From: Oscillospiraceae bacterium
Lineage (GTDB): Bacteria > Bacillota > Clostridia > Oscillospirales > Oscillospiraceae
Assembly: GCA_040307975.1 (NCBI GenBank)
Contig: JAWRIJ010000080.1
Coordinates: 3,390 to 67,389 of the forward strand
Direction: 5' to 3'
DNA: 64,000 nucleotides
The position numbers were made by a program, and so were the translations under genes. Below, one piece after another: positions 56,093 through 64,000 of the stretch; within the stretch, counting starts at the first letter, position 1; every line of letters starts with the position of its first letter. Under the pieces are notes generated by a model. The model was not told where the DNA came from, did not search any database, and worked only from the letters and a program-made list of their open reading frames with translations.

Positions 56093-56688
56093 TGTTTGTG
56101 TATGAGAAAAAGCTGCAATACCCCGTCAAGATCGCAACGCCGAATCCCAAGCTGGCTGCGGTCATCATCTCGCAGTACGGCGGGCCGGACGGCGAGCTCG
56201 GCGCTTCGATGCGCTACCTGAGCCAGCGCTTTTCGATGCCCTACCCCGAACTCAAGGGCCTTCTGACCGACATCGGCACGGAGGAGCTTGGACACCTTGA
56301 GATGGTCGGCACAATTATCCACCAGCTCACCCGAAACTTAACCGACGAGCAGGCAAAGACCGCAGGCTTCGATACCTACTTCGTCGACCGCACGGCGGGC
56401 GTCTACCCCACCGCCGCGTCCGGCTTCCCGTGGAGCGCCGCAAGCATGGCGGTCAAGGGCGACCTGATTGCCGACCTGACCGAGGACCTTGCCGCGGAAC
56501 AGAAAGCGCGCGTGACCTACGACAACATCCTGCGTCTTTCCGACGACCCCGACGTAAACGACGTCATCAAGTTCCTGCGCGCCCGCGAGATCGTCCACTT
56601 CCAGCGCTTCGGCGAGGGTTTGCGCCTCGCTCGTGAGAAAATGGACGAAAAGAACGTATACTATATTAACCCGAGCTTCGACAAGTAA
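56092..56688 (+). CDS. cotJC: Spore coat manganese catalase CotJC
   Basis: MFVYEKKLQYPV, QYGGPDGEL, IGTEELGHLEM and REIVHFQRFGE. Confidence 0.94.
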   Translation: MFVYEKKLQYPVKIATPNPKLAAVIISQYGGPDGELGASMRYLSQRFSMPYPELKGLLTDIGTEELGHLEMVGTIIHQLTRNLTDEQAKTAGFDTYFVDRTAGVYPTAASGFPWSAASMAVKGDLIADLTEDLAAEQKARVTYDNILRLSDDPDVNDVIKFLRAREIVHFQRFGEGLRLAREKMDEKNVYYINPSFDK

Positions 56689-56698
56689 AGAATCAAGA

Positions 56699-56734
56699 AA
56701 AAGCGGGTGGAATCAATGATTTCCACCCGCTTTT
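56699..56734. terminator. Bidirectional terminator
   Basis: AAAAGCGGGTGGAA-TCAATGAT-TTCCACCCGCTTTT between convergent genes. Confidence 0.88.
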
Positions 56735-56741
56735 GCAATTA

Positions 56742-57470
56742 TTACGCTGTGATTTCAAGCGCTTCGCCGCTGTTTTTGCCACCGAAGCGCTTGCGGAGGA
56801 TATCCTCCTTATTGTCCGCCGCGGTGACGGTGCGTGTCGTGCCGCCGGAGATGTAGAACTTGCCGCACTCAGGACAAATGCCCGTGTGATAGGTCACGGA
56901 CTGGCTGACAACCTTGCGATCCTCGCGCTCTGCCTTTGCCCGCTCGCGGACGACGTGCTCCATCTCGTGTCCGCGCACGGCGGCCTGCGCCGCTTTCGGG
57001 TCAACGTGTGTCGCCGTCTTGAATGAAACGCCAGGGTCGTCCGAGCCGTCCTGATACTTGCGTTTGGCGCAGGTCTCGCATTTAGCGTCGTCCATGACTT
57101 CGGCGGCGGATTTTGTGTCCTTCACGCCGGATACCCCGTTCTCCGTGGTGGTTTCCCATGGGAGCCGGCCGTTTGCCGCGTCGACCTCCTCCGGCGGAAC
57201 GCCAAGTCCGGGAAATCGCAGGCGCATACGCGTGGCAAGCTCTTCCGGGCCGAAGCCCTCCGGAACATAGGGCATCTCAGAGGGTGCGAGCGGTGCGTTT
57301 GCCGCCACGGCTGCGGTTCCCGCCGCTGCCGCCGCGCCGATCGCCACAGGCTGTTTATCCTGCCGCGTCATGGGAGCGGACGCGGACACGGCGCGCGCAG
57401 CCGGACTCATCATGTATTGCGGTTGCTGCCACATGGCGGTTACTCCGCCGTATCCGATCGCGCCGGCCAT
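56742..57470 (-). CDS. Conserved hypothetical protein with CxxC...HExxH...CxxC motifs
   Basis: CETCAKRKYQDGSDDPGVSFK, HEMEH and CPECG, after an Ala/Pro-rich N-terminus. Confidence 0.75.
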   Translation of the reverse strand: MAGAIGYGGVTAMWQQPQYMMSPAARAVSASAPMTRQDKQPVAIGAAAAAGTAAVAANAPLAPSEMPYVPEGFGPEELATRMRLRFPGLGVPPEEVDAANGRLPWETTTENGVSGVKDTKSAAEVMDDAKCETCAKRKYQDGSDDPGVSFKTATHVDPKAAQAAVRGHEMEHVVRERAKAEREDRKVVSQSVTYHTGICPECGKFYISGGTTRTVTAADNKEDILRKRFGGKNSGEALEITA

Positions 57471-57509
57471 CTTGACGCACCCCCTTTCCCTCTTGCCGCA
57501 GCGGGCGGC

Positions 57510-58676
57510 TTACGTCATCTTTTCTTTTAACGTACTGAGACGGTCAAGCGCCTCTAAAAGCGTCTCGTCCTTCTTGGCAAAGTGGACGCGGACGATATTC
57601 TGTACATCCTCCTTGAAGAACGACGTGCCCGGAACGCAGGCGACGCCTACCTTGACCGCCATCTCCTCACAGAACTCGACGTCGGTCTGCCCCTTTTTCA
57701 TATACGGGCCGATATTCACGAGCGTGAAGTAGGTTCCCTGCGGGTCGGTAAACGGGATGCCGAGGTTTTTCAGGCCATCCGTAAAGAGCTTCTTCATATG
57801 CGCGTAATGCGCCTGAAACTCCGTATAATAGCTATCCGGCATATCAAGACCGGCGATTGCCGCTTCCATCAGCGGCGCGGGCGCGCCAACGGTGTTGAAG
57901 TCGTGGTATTGCTTGACGCGATCCATGAGCTCTTTGGGAGCAATGGCATAGCCGAGGCGCCAGCCGGTGATCGAATAGGTCTTGCTGAGGCTTGAGCAGC
58001 TGACCGTCCGCTCCCACATACCGGGCAGGGAATTCATATAGATATGCTGATTGCCGTCGTAGACGATGTGCTCATAAGGCTCGTCCATAATGGCATAAAC
58101 GTCGTACTTAACGCACAAATCCGCAATGAGCTTGAGCTCGTCGTAAGTAAATACCTTACCGCTGGGATTGGATGGGTTGCAAATCAGGATCGCCTTGATT
58201 CCCCGCTTAAACGCATCCTCCAGCACGTTGGGGTCAAAGTTGAACGCGGGCGGCGTCAGCGGGATGTAGATCGGCTCGCAGTCCGCGAGGATAAGCTGAG
58301 CGTGATAGTTTTCAAAATACGGGCTGAACAGCGCCACCTTGTCGCCGGGATTCGTCAGCGCAAAAATCGTGTCTACCATGGCTTCGGTCGAGCCAATGGT
58401 GACGACCTCCTCCGTCTCGGGGTCAAGCTTTCTGCCCATGAAGCGCCCACACTTGCGCGCAAGCGCCTGGCGAAAATTCGGCGCGCCCATGGTGATGGGA
58501 TACTGGTGCGGCCCGATCGAAGCGATCTCGGCGAGCCGGTCGGTGATCGCTTTGGGCGGGTCAAAATCCGGAAAGCCCTGTGACAGGTTAATTGCGTTGT
58601 GAGCGATGGCAATGCGCGTCATGCGGCGGATCACGGAATCGGTAAAAAGCGCGTTCTTACGGCTGAGCTCTTTCAT
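57510..58676 (-). CDS. PLP-dependent class I/II aminotransferase (YbdL/kynurenine aminotransferase-like)
   Basis: AINLSQGFPDF, CNPSNPSGK, DEPY and SLSKTYSITGWRLGY. Start at ATG 58676. Confidence 0.9.
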   Translation of the reverse strand: MKELSRKNALFTDSVIRRMTRIAIAHNAINLSQGFPDFDPPKAITDRLAEIASIGPHQYPITMGAPNFRQALARKCGRFMGRKLDPETEEVVTIGSTEAMVDTIFALTNPGDKVALFSPYFENYHAQLILADCEPIYIPLTPPAFNFDPNVLEDAFKRGIKAILICNPSNPSGKVFTYDELKLIADLCVKYDVYAIMDEPYEHIVYDGNQHIYMNSLPGMWERTVSCSSLSKTYSITGWRLGYAIAPKELMDRVKQYHDFNTVGAPAPLMEAAIAGLDMPDSYYTEFQAHYAHMKKLFTDGLKNLGIPFTDPQGTYFTLVNIGPYMKKGQTDVEFCEEMAVKVGVACVPGTSFFKEDVQNIVRVHFAKKDETLLEALDRLSTLKEKMT

Positions 58677-58722
58677 GATGGTAAACTCCAAACATACTGA
58701 TTTCAATATTATCTCTTATATT

Positions 58723-58751
58723 ATTATATCTCCGCCGCCGGAAAAAGGCAA
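58723..58751 (-). promoter_or_regulatory. sigma-A promoter of the aminotransferase
   Basis: On the minus strand: TTGCCT, 17 bp, TATAAT. Confidence 0.75.
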
Positions 58752-58811
58752 GAAAGAATTGCAAAAGCGGGCGGCCGGACCATACCGACCGCCCGCTCGG
58801 ACAAAAATCCT

Positions 58812-59651
58812 TTACTTTCCGCAGCCGCATCCGCCGGAACTGCCGCCGACGTCGGCGTCGCAGACGGCGTTTGACGGGAAGAACGAATCCACGGGGAAAT
58901 CGACGTCAGCGAAGATCGAGCAAGGGTCCTCTGCGCTGCCAATGCCAGCAACGGTGCACTCCTCTGTCGGAACGCAGTAGTCGAACACAGGAATGAGCAG
59001 CTGTGTGTCGCGCTCAAGGCGCACGATGGAGAACTGCCCGAGGGAGACGCAAACACGGCGGCTCTGCGACTCATCGAGAATGAGCGGCTCGTCGAAGGCG
59101 GCAAGGATACCTTCGGGCACGCCGGTGAGAACGCCCGGGACATAGTGGCAGTTGTCGACAAAGCTTGCGCTAAGCAGCAACGGGTCAATGACCTCGACAT
59201 AAGCCGTGGGCAGATCGGCGGTTAGGTCAAGCTGGACGTCCAGCTCGTCGGCGATCGGCTCAGACGAAAAAATCTTCGGGCCGCTCTCACCGCCGCAGAG
59301 GATCACGCGCTTTCCGAAGGTGGCAAGACCCTCGACCTCGGTATAGCGGGTGCTGCCGCTGAGCGCCTGGAGCGTGATCTTGTAATAGAAACGCATATCG
59401 ACCGTATAGTAGCCGCGGTTGAAGTTGACGGGCTCGACGTCGACGAACGTGTAAAGCAGCGTCGCGCTGCCTCCGCGGATGCCTTGTGCCGCGGCGAGCA
59501 CCTCCTGCGCCGACTGAGTGGGATAGAAGCGCAGGTCCTCGATGCAGTCCTTGTCCCTGCAGGACGAGAAGATCTTCTTCGTATGGATGCAGACAGCCTC
59601 GCGGACGCCGTTCGCGCCGCTGATCGGCCCGGCGGTCACTTTTTCAGCCAT
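58812..59651 (-). CDS. Conserved Cys-containing hypothetical protein, probable spore coat component
   Basis: EAVCIHTKKIFSSCRDKDC, FSIVRLERDTQLLIP and a C-terminal GGCGCGK. AGGAGG RBS and a sigma-K-like promoter. Confidence 0.7.
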   Translation of the reverse strand: MAEKVTAGPISGANGVREAVCIHTKKIFSSCRDKDCIEDLRFYPTQSAQEVLAAAQGIRGGSATLLYTFVDVEPVNFNRGYYTVDMRFYYKITLQALSGSTRYTEVEGLATFGKRVILCGGESGPKIFSSEPIADELDVQLDLTADLPTAYVEVIDPLLLSASFVDNCHYVPGVLTGVPEGILAAFDEPLILDESQSRRVCVSLGQFSIVRLERDTQLLIPVFDYCVPTEECTVAGIGSAEDPCSIFADVDFPVDSFFPSNAVCDADVGGSSGGCGCGK

Positions 59652-59700
59652 TCCAAAAACCTCCTGAATTAAGTACTTCGAAAGAGAAGCCTTTCAGTTC

Positions 59701-59728
59701 AGTGTATGACGGGCGCGGGAATTGGTGC
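59701..59728 (-). promoter_or_regulatory. Putative sigma-K-type promoter
   Basis: On the minus strand: gcAC, 16 bp, CATACACT. Confidence 0.6.
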
Positions 59729-59739
59729 GGAAATGAGAC

Positions 59740-59768
59740 TGTACAAAAATAGAAAGCTGCGCTATACT
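59740..59768 (+). promoter_or_regulatory. sigma-A promoter of the DUF4364 gene
   Basis: TGTACA, 17 bp, TATACT. Confidence 0.6.
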
Positions 59769-59802
59769 ATATACAAATATGGTTTTTTGAAAGGGACGCG
59801 AT

Positions 59803-60336
59803 ATGCCGCAGGTTGGATTCATTCGGAGCAAAGCGGAGATCAAATATCTCATTTTATATATTGCCGAGCGTTTGATCGCTCCGGTGCCCTTCGAGGTCAT
59901 GCAGGAATTGACAATGTGCGACCCCGCCGTCGAGTTCTTTGACTTTTCGGAGTGCCTGAGCTACCTCGTTGACACGGAGCACATGACGTGCTCAAAGGAC
60001 GACCTGTATGCTATCACGGAAAAAGGCGTCCAAAACGGGCGCGCCTGCGCGGACGAGATTCCCTACTCCGTACGGCTCAAGGCTGACGGGCTCACGGAAA
60101 AGGCAAATCAGCGCATCAAGCGCCAAAAGCAGGTGCAGTCCTCCATCACGCAGCGGAAAAACGGGTTGTACGACGTGCATCTTTCCTTTAACGACGACAC
60201 GGGGCGGCCGCTTTGGGCAATGGAACTCGCCGTTCCGGACGAAAAGCGGGCGAAATCGCTGGACAAACGCTTCCAAAATAGTCCGGAGCAGCTTTACTCC
60301 GAGCTTATCAAGCTTTTATTTCCTGATGAAAAATGA
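59803..60336 (+). CDS. DUF4364 family protein
   Basis: IKYLILYI, FFDFSECLSYLV and YAITEKG winged-helix-like N-terminus. Confidence 0.75.
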   Translation: MPQVGFIRSKAEIKYLILYIAERLIAPVPFEVMQELTMCDPAVEFFDFSECLSYLVDTEHMTCSKDDLYAITEKGVQNGRACADEIPYSVRLKADGLTEKANQRIKRQKQVQSSITQRKNGLYDVHLSFNDDTGRPLWAMELAVPDEKRAKSLDKRFQNSPEQLYSELIKLLFPDEK

Positions 60337-60363
60337 GGATGGGGGTTCCCATCCTCATTTTTT
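60329..60363. terminator. Bidirectional terminator between DUF4364 and dnaE
   Basis: AAAAATGAGGATGGG-GGTT-CCCATCCTCATTTTT. Confidence 0.88.
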
Positions 60364-60367
60364 GACT

Positions 60368-63300
60368 TCATTTGACGACTACGTTTTCCTCGCCCAGCTT
60401 TTCCCGCATCTCGCGCACGAGCGAATCGTGCAGGTCGCAGGTCGTGCCGATCAGCTTACCCGTGTCCGCAAGGCGGATTTTGACAGGGTTTCCCTTCCCC
60501 TCAAACATATAGATCACGCGCCGGAAATGCGCCATCTCCGGCGAATCCATGGAAGGTATCTTCAAATAGAGCGTCTTTCCCTGCTTTGCACCCGCTTCGC
60601 CGCTCACGGCGGCTTCGGGCGGCACGCCCTCAGCGAGCGGATAGGCGGAGTCGCACATCAACTGCGGCGCTTTTTCGTCGCGCACAGACAGTTTGCCGCG
60701 CGCGCAGATGACCTGCCCCTCCTTTAAATAGCTGCCGCAGGATTCAAGACAGCGTGTGAAGCAGAGCATCTCCATTGCGCCCGTGTCGTCTTCGAGCGTA
60801 ACGTACGCCATAAGCGTGTTCTTTTTGGTCGTCTTGGTTTTGCTGGCGGTCACGACGCCGGCAAGCAGAATGCGCTGTTCGTCGGAAAAAACGGTCGGCC
60901 CGCCCTCTTGCGCAAAGTCGTCGCGTATTTTGCCAATCGGTACGGCGCCCGCCGCACGCGCCGCGGCGCGATAAGCGTCCATCGGGTGTCCGGAGAGATA
61001 AAGCCCCGTCGTTTCCTTTTCCATCGCCATTTTCTCCGCATCGGAGAATTCCGGAATGTCCGGCAGCGACAGCTCCGCTTGGCGCGGCGCGTCCCCACCC
61101 ATGCCGAAAAAGTCGATCTGTCCATCCAAATTGGCGCGGCTGCTGCTTGCAATGCCGTCCATGACCTTTTCGTAGACGCGTATAAGCTGTGAGCGCTTAT
61201 AGCCCATGGAGTCGAACGCACCCGCACGGATGAGGTTCTCAACCGCACGTTTGTTCATGTCCGCGCCGTCCATGCGGCGGCAGAAGTCCTGAAAATCGGC
61301 AAACGGGCCGTTTTTGTTCCGATCCGCCGTCAGCCGGGCAATGAGCCCGCGCCCAATATTCTTGATGGCAACAAGGCCGAAGCGGATACCGTCCTCCTCC
61401 ACCGAGAAGCCACCCTGCGAGTGGTTGACGTCCGGCGGCAGGAGTGCGATGCCGCAGTCCTTGCACTCGGCAAAGTACTCGTTGACCTTCTCGGACGAGT
61501 CGAGCACACTGGAAAGCAGCGCCGCCATGTACTCCTTGGTATAGTGGCGCTTACAGTACGCCGTCTGATACGCGACGACCGCGTAGGACACCGCGTGCGC
61601 TTTGTTGAAGGCATAGTTGGCGAAGTCGTAGATATCCTGATAGATCGCCTCGGCGGTCTCAACGGAAATGCCGTTCGCAACGCAGCCGGATATCCCGCGC
61701 TCCGAATCTCCGTAGACGAAAGTATGCCGCTCTTTTTCGACGTCCTTCGCTTTCTTCTTGCTCATGGCGCGGCGAATCATGTCCGCCTGCCCAAGCGAGT
61801 AGCCCGCGAGGCGGCGGAAGATCTCGATGACCTGCTCCTGATAGACGATGCAGCCGTAGGTCACGCGCAAAATCGGCTCCAGCGACGGGTGCATATAGCG
61901 CACGAGCTTTGGGTCGTGCTTGCTCGCGATAAAGCGCGGGATAGAGTCCATCGGGCCGGGACGGTAAAGCGCAATGATAGCGGTCAGATCCTCGACATTT
62001 TCAGGTTTTAAGCCCACGCACACGCCTGTCATGCCCGCCGATTCAAGTTGGAACACGCCCGAAGTCTTCCCCTGCTGAAGCATTTCGTAGGTCGCGGGAT
62101 CGTTTTTGGGGATGCTCGCAAGCGTAAAGGATTTCTCCTTTGCCTGAATCATCTTTACGGCATCGTCGAGTATCGTGAGGTTGCGAAGCCCAAGAAAATC
62201 CATCTTGAGGAGTCCGAGCTCCTCCAACGTGACCATCGTATACTGGCAGACGATCGTCTCGTCGTTGCGCGCAAGCGGGACATAGTTGACGACGGGCTCC
62301 TTGGTGATGACGACGCCTGCCGCGTGGGTCGATGCGTGGCGAGGCATGCCCTCCAGCGCTTTCGCCGTATCGATGAGGCGCTTTACCTGCTCGTCGTTTT
62401 CGTACTTTTCGCGCAACTCTCGCGAGAGCCGGAGCGCATCGTCAAGCGTGATGTGCAGCGCGCTGGGAATGAGCTTTGCGATCACGTCGCAGTCGGCGTA
62501 GCTCATGTTGAGCGCGCGGCCGACGTCGCGGACGACGCCGCGCGCCGCCATTGTGCCGAATGTCACAATCTGCGCGACGTGGTCCTCCCCGTACTTGCGC
62601 CGGACGTACTCCACGACCTCGCCGCGCCGCGTATCGCCGAAATCCATGTCAATATCAGGCATGGAAACGCGCTCAGGGTTCAAAAAACGTTCAAAATAGA
62701 GCGCGTATTGCATGGGATCGATATCCGTGATGCGCAGGCAGTACGACACCATGCTTCCGGCCGCGCTGCCGCGTCCCGGACCGACGGGGATGCCGACGTT
62801 CTTTGCATAGCGTACAAAATCGGAAACGATAAGAAAATAGTCCGTAAAGCCCATTTTCTCAATCATATTCAGCTCATATTCGAGCTGCTTGCGATATTCG
62901 GGGCTCCCCTCTCCGTAACGCTCGGCGTAGCCCTCGTCGCAGAGCTTTTTGAGATAGGTAACGCTGTCGTAGCCCGCGGGCAGCTTGAACTCCGGCAGGT
63001 GGTATTTGCCAAAGGTGAACTCCACATTGCACCGCTCGGCGATTTTCCCCGTGTTTTCGACCGCCTCGGGGTATTCGGGAAAAAGCGCCGCCATTTCCTC
63101 CGTCGAGCGGAGATAGAAATTCTGCGGCTCGTAGCGCATACGGTTCTCGTCGTCCACGGTCTTGCCCGTTTGGATGCACAGCAGCACGTCGTGTGCGGCG
63201 GCGTCCTCGCGACGCAGATAGTGCGCGTCGTTGGTCACGACGAGCGGGAGCCCCGTCTCCTCGTGGAGCTTCAGGATGCCTTTGTTGACGATTGCCTGAT

Positions 63301-63841
63301 CGCGGATGCCGTGATCTTGCAGCTCCAAATAAAAATGTTCGGGGCCGAATATTTCAGAGAGCGTCAGGGCATATTCCTTCGCGCCGTCGTAGTCCCCCGC
63401 CCTCAGCCGGCGCGGAATCTCGCCCGCGAGGCAGGCGGAAAGCGCGATCAGCCCCTCATGATGCTCTCGCAACAGCTCCAAATCGATGCGCGGCTTGATG
63501 TAAAATCCCTCAATGTGCGCCATAGAGACCATGTAGGAGAGGTTACGATAGCCCGTCTCGTTTTCGCACAGCAGCACCAAATGGCGCGCCTCGGCGTCAA
63601 ATTCGTGCTGCTTCTGAAAACGCGTGCGCGGCGCGACGTAGACCTCGCAGCCGATGATCGGCTTGACGCCCTCCGCCTTACAGGCGCGATAAAAGTCGAT
63701 CACACCGTACATTACGCCATGATCGGTGATTGCGCAGGCATCCTGCCCCATCGACCTAATGAGCTTTGGCAGGTCGCGGATGCGGCAGGCGCCGTCGAGC
63801 AGGCTGTATTCCGTGTGCACATGCAGATGGGCAAACGACAT
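60368..63841 (-). CDS. dnaE: DNA polymerase III alpha subunit DnaE
   Basis: FAHLHVHTEYSLLDG, GPGRGSAAGS, RVSMPDIDMDF, KMDFLGL and FNKAHA. ATG 63841 follows the upstream gene's TAA (TAAGATG); the alternative start is 63850. Confidence 0.96.
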   Translation of the reverse strand: MSFAHLHVHTEYSLLDGACRIRDLPKLIRSMGQDACAITDHGVMYGVIDFYRACKAEGVKPIIGCEVYVAPRTRFQKQHEFDAEARHLVLLCENETGYRNLSYMVSMAHIEGFYIKPRIDLELLREHHEGLIALSACLAGEIPRRLRAGDYDGAKEYALTLSEIFGPEHFYLELQDHGIRDQAIVNKGILKLHEETGLPLVVTNDAHYLRREDAAAHDVLLCIQTGKTVDDENRMRYEPQNFYLRSTEEMAALFPEYPEAVENTGKIAERCNVEFTFGKYHLPEFKLPAGYDSVTYLKKLCDEGYAERYGEGSPEYRKQLEYELNMIEKMGFTDYFLIVSDFVRYAKNVGIPVGPGRGSAAGSMVSYCLRITDIDPMQYALYFERFLNPERVSMPDIDMDFGDTRRGEVVEYVRRKYGEDHVAQIVTFGTMAARGVVRDVGRALNMSYADCDVIAKLIPSALHITLDDALRLSRELREKYENDEQVKRLIDTAKALEGMPRHASTHAAGVVITKEPVVNYVPLARNDETIVCQYTMVTLEELGLLKMDFLGLRNLTILDDAVKMIQAKEKSFTLASIPKNDPATYEMLQQGKTSGVFQLESAGMTGVCVGLKPENVEDLTAIIALYRPGPMDSIPRFIASKHDPKLVRYMHPSLEPILRVTYGCIVYQEQVIEIFRRLAGYSLGQADMIRRAMSKKKAKDVEKERHTFVYGDSERGISGCVANGISVETAEAIYQDIYDFANYAFNKAHAVSYAVVAYQTAYCKRHYTKEYMAALLSSVLDSSEKVNEYFAECKDCGIALLPPDVNHSQGGFSVEEDGIRFGLVAIKNIGRGLIARLTADRNKNGPFADFQDFCRRMDGADMNKRAVENLIRAGAFDSMGYKRSQLIRVYEKVMDGIASSSRANLDGQIDFFGMGGDAPRQAELSLPDIPEFSDAEKMAMEKETTGLYLSGHPMDAYRAAARAAGAVPIGKIRDDFAQEGGPTVFSDEQRILLAGVVTASKTKTTKKNTLMAYVTLEDDTGAMEMLCFTRCLESCGSYLKEGQVICARGKLSVRDEKAPQLMCDSAYPLAEGVPPEAAVSGEAGAKQGKTLYLKIPSMDSPEMAHFRRVIYMFEGKGNPVKIRLADTGKLIGTTCDLHDSLVREMREKLGEENVVVK

Positions 63842-63842
63842 C

Positions 63843-63998
63843 TTACGCATCTTCCTCGCTTAAAATGGTTTCGACCGCTTCAACAGCGGATGCGATTATC
63901 ACGCCGCAGTGACTGGCAATGCCAAGCGCCTTGACGGCGTCGCTCGGCTCTTCCTTCTTATTTTGCAGCAGCTCATGGCAGCGCAGCGCGGCAAACTG
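63843..63998 (-). CDS. C-terminal end of a probable C_GCAxxG_C_C family redox-active protein (gene starts beyond the window)
   Basis: ...QFAALRCHELLQNKKEEPSDAVKALGIASHCGVIIASAVEAVETILSEEDA*, with a C-x-x-L-L...C-x-x-I-I pattern. Confidence 0.55.
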   Translation of the reverse strand, partial: QFAALRCHELLQNKKEEPSDAVKALGIASHCGVIIASAVEAVETILSEEDA

Positions 63999-64000
63999 GT

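Noticed and set aside
1-64000. rRNA, tRNA, IS transposase or defence-system genes
   Set aside because: Intergenic gaps are short and explained by promoters, terminators or the elements listed; no such sequences were recognised by eye.

Overview
This is a 64-kb, GC-rich stretch of core chromosome from a spore-forming Clostridia-class bacterium, with Oscillospiraceae-like gene content (taxon inferred). From 1 to 51.75 kb almost every gene is on the + strand: rseP-ispG-polC-comEC-holA-rnmV-glnS, a YtrA-type GntR/ABC unit, an inverted sigG, ylmC, rpsB-tsf, scpAB-ytfIJ-dacB-rluB...cmk-plsC-ispH/rpsA, a butyryl-CoA:acetate CoA-transferase, carD-ispDF, cdaAR...gmk-rpoZ-priA-def-fmt-rsmB-rlmN-prpC-prkC-rsgA, and a spoVM-sipL-spoIVA coat cluster with two small genes missing from the ORF track. 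From 51.87 kb onward most coding sequence is on the - strand (Xer-like recombinase, radA, cwlD-like amidase, aminotransferase, dnaE), with cotJ genes on +. The most striking feature lies at that switch. An intact XerS-like tyrosine recombinase gene and its promoter are bracketed by two directly repeated 30-bp inverted-repeat sites (51840-51869 and 53019-53048) with identical right arms but different cores. This is a candidate single-recombinase dif-type system at a probable replication terminus. Other notable items: an internal promoter, RBS and mini-ORF inside the ispH-rpsA fusion; a tandem 87/88-bp triple-hairpin element that supplies the priA stop codon; a CotJA-CotJB fusion; and several sporulation-sigma promoter matches. 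I saw no rRNA, tRNA, CRISPR array, transposase or phage genes. Product calls come from recognising motifs and gene context by eye; no database searches were run.
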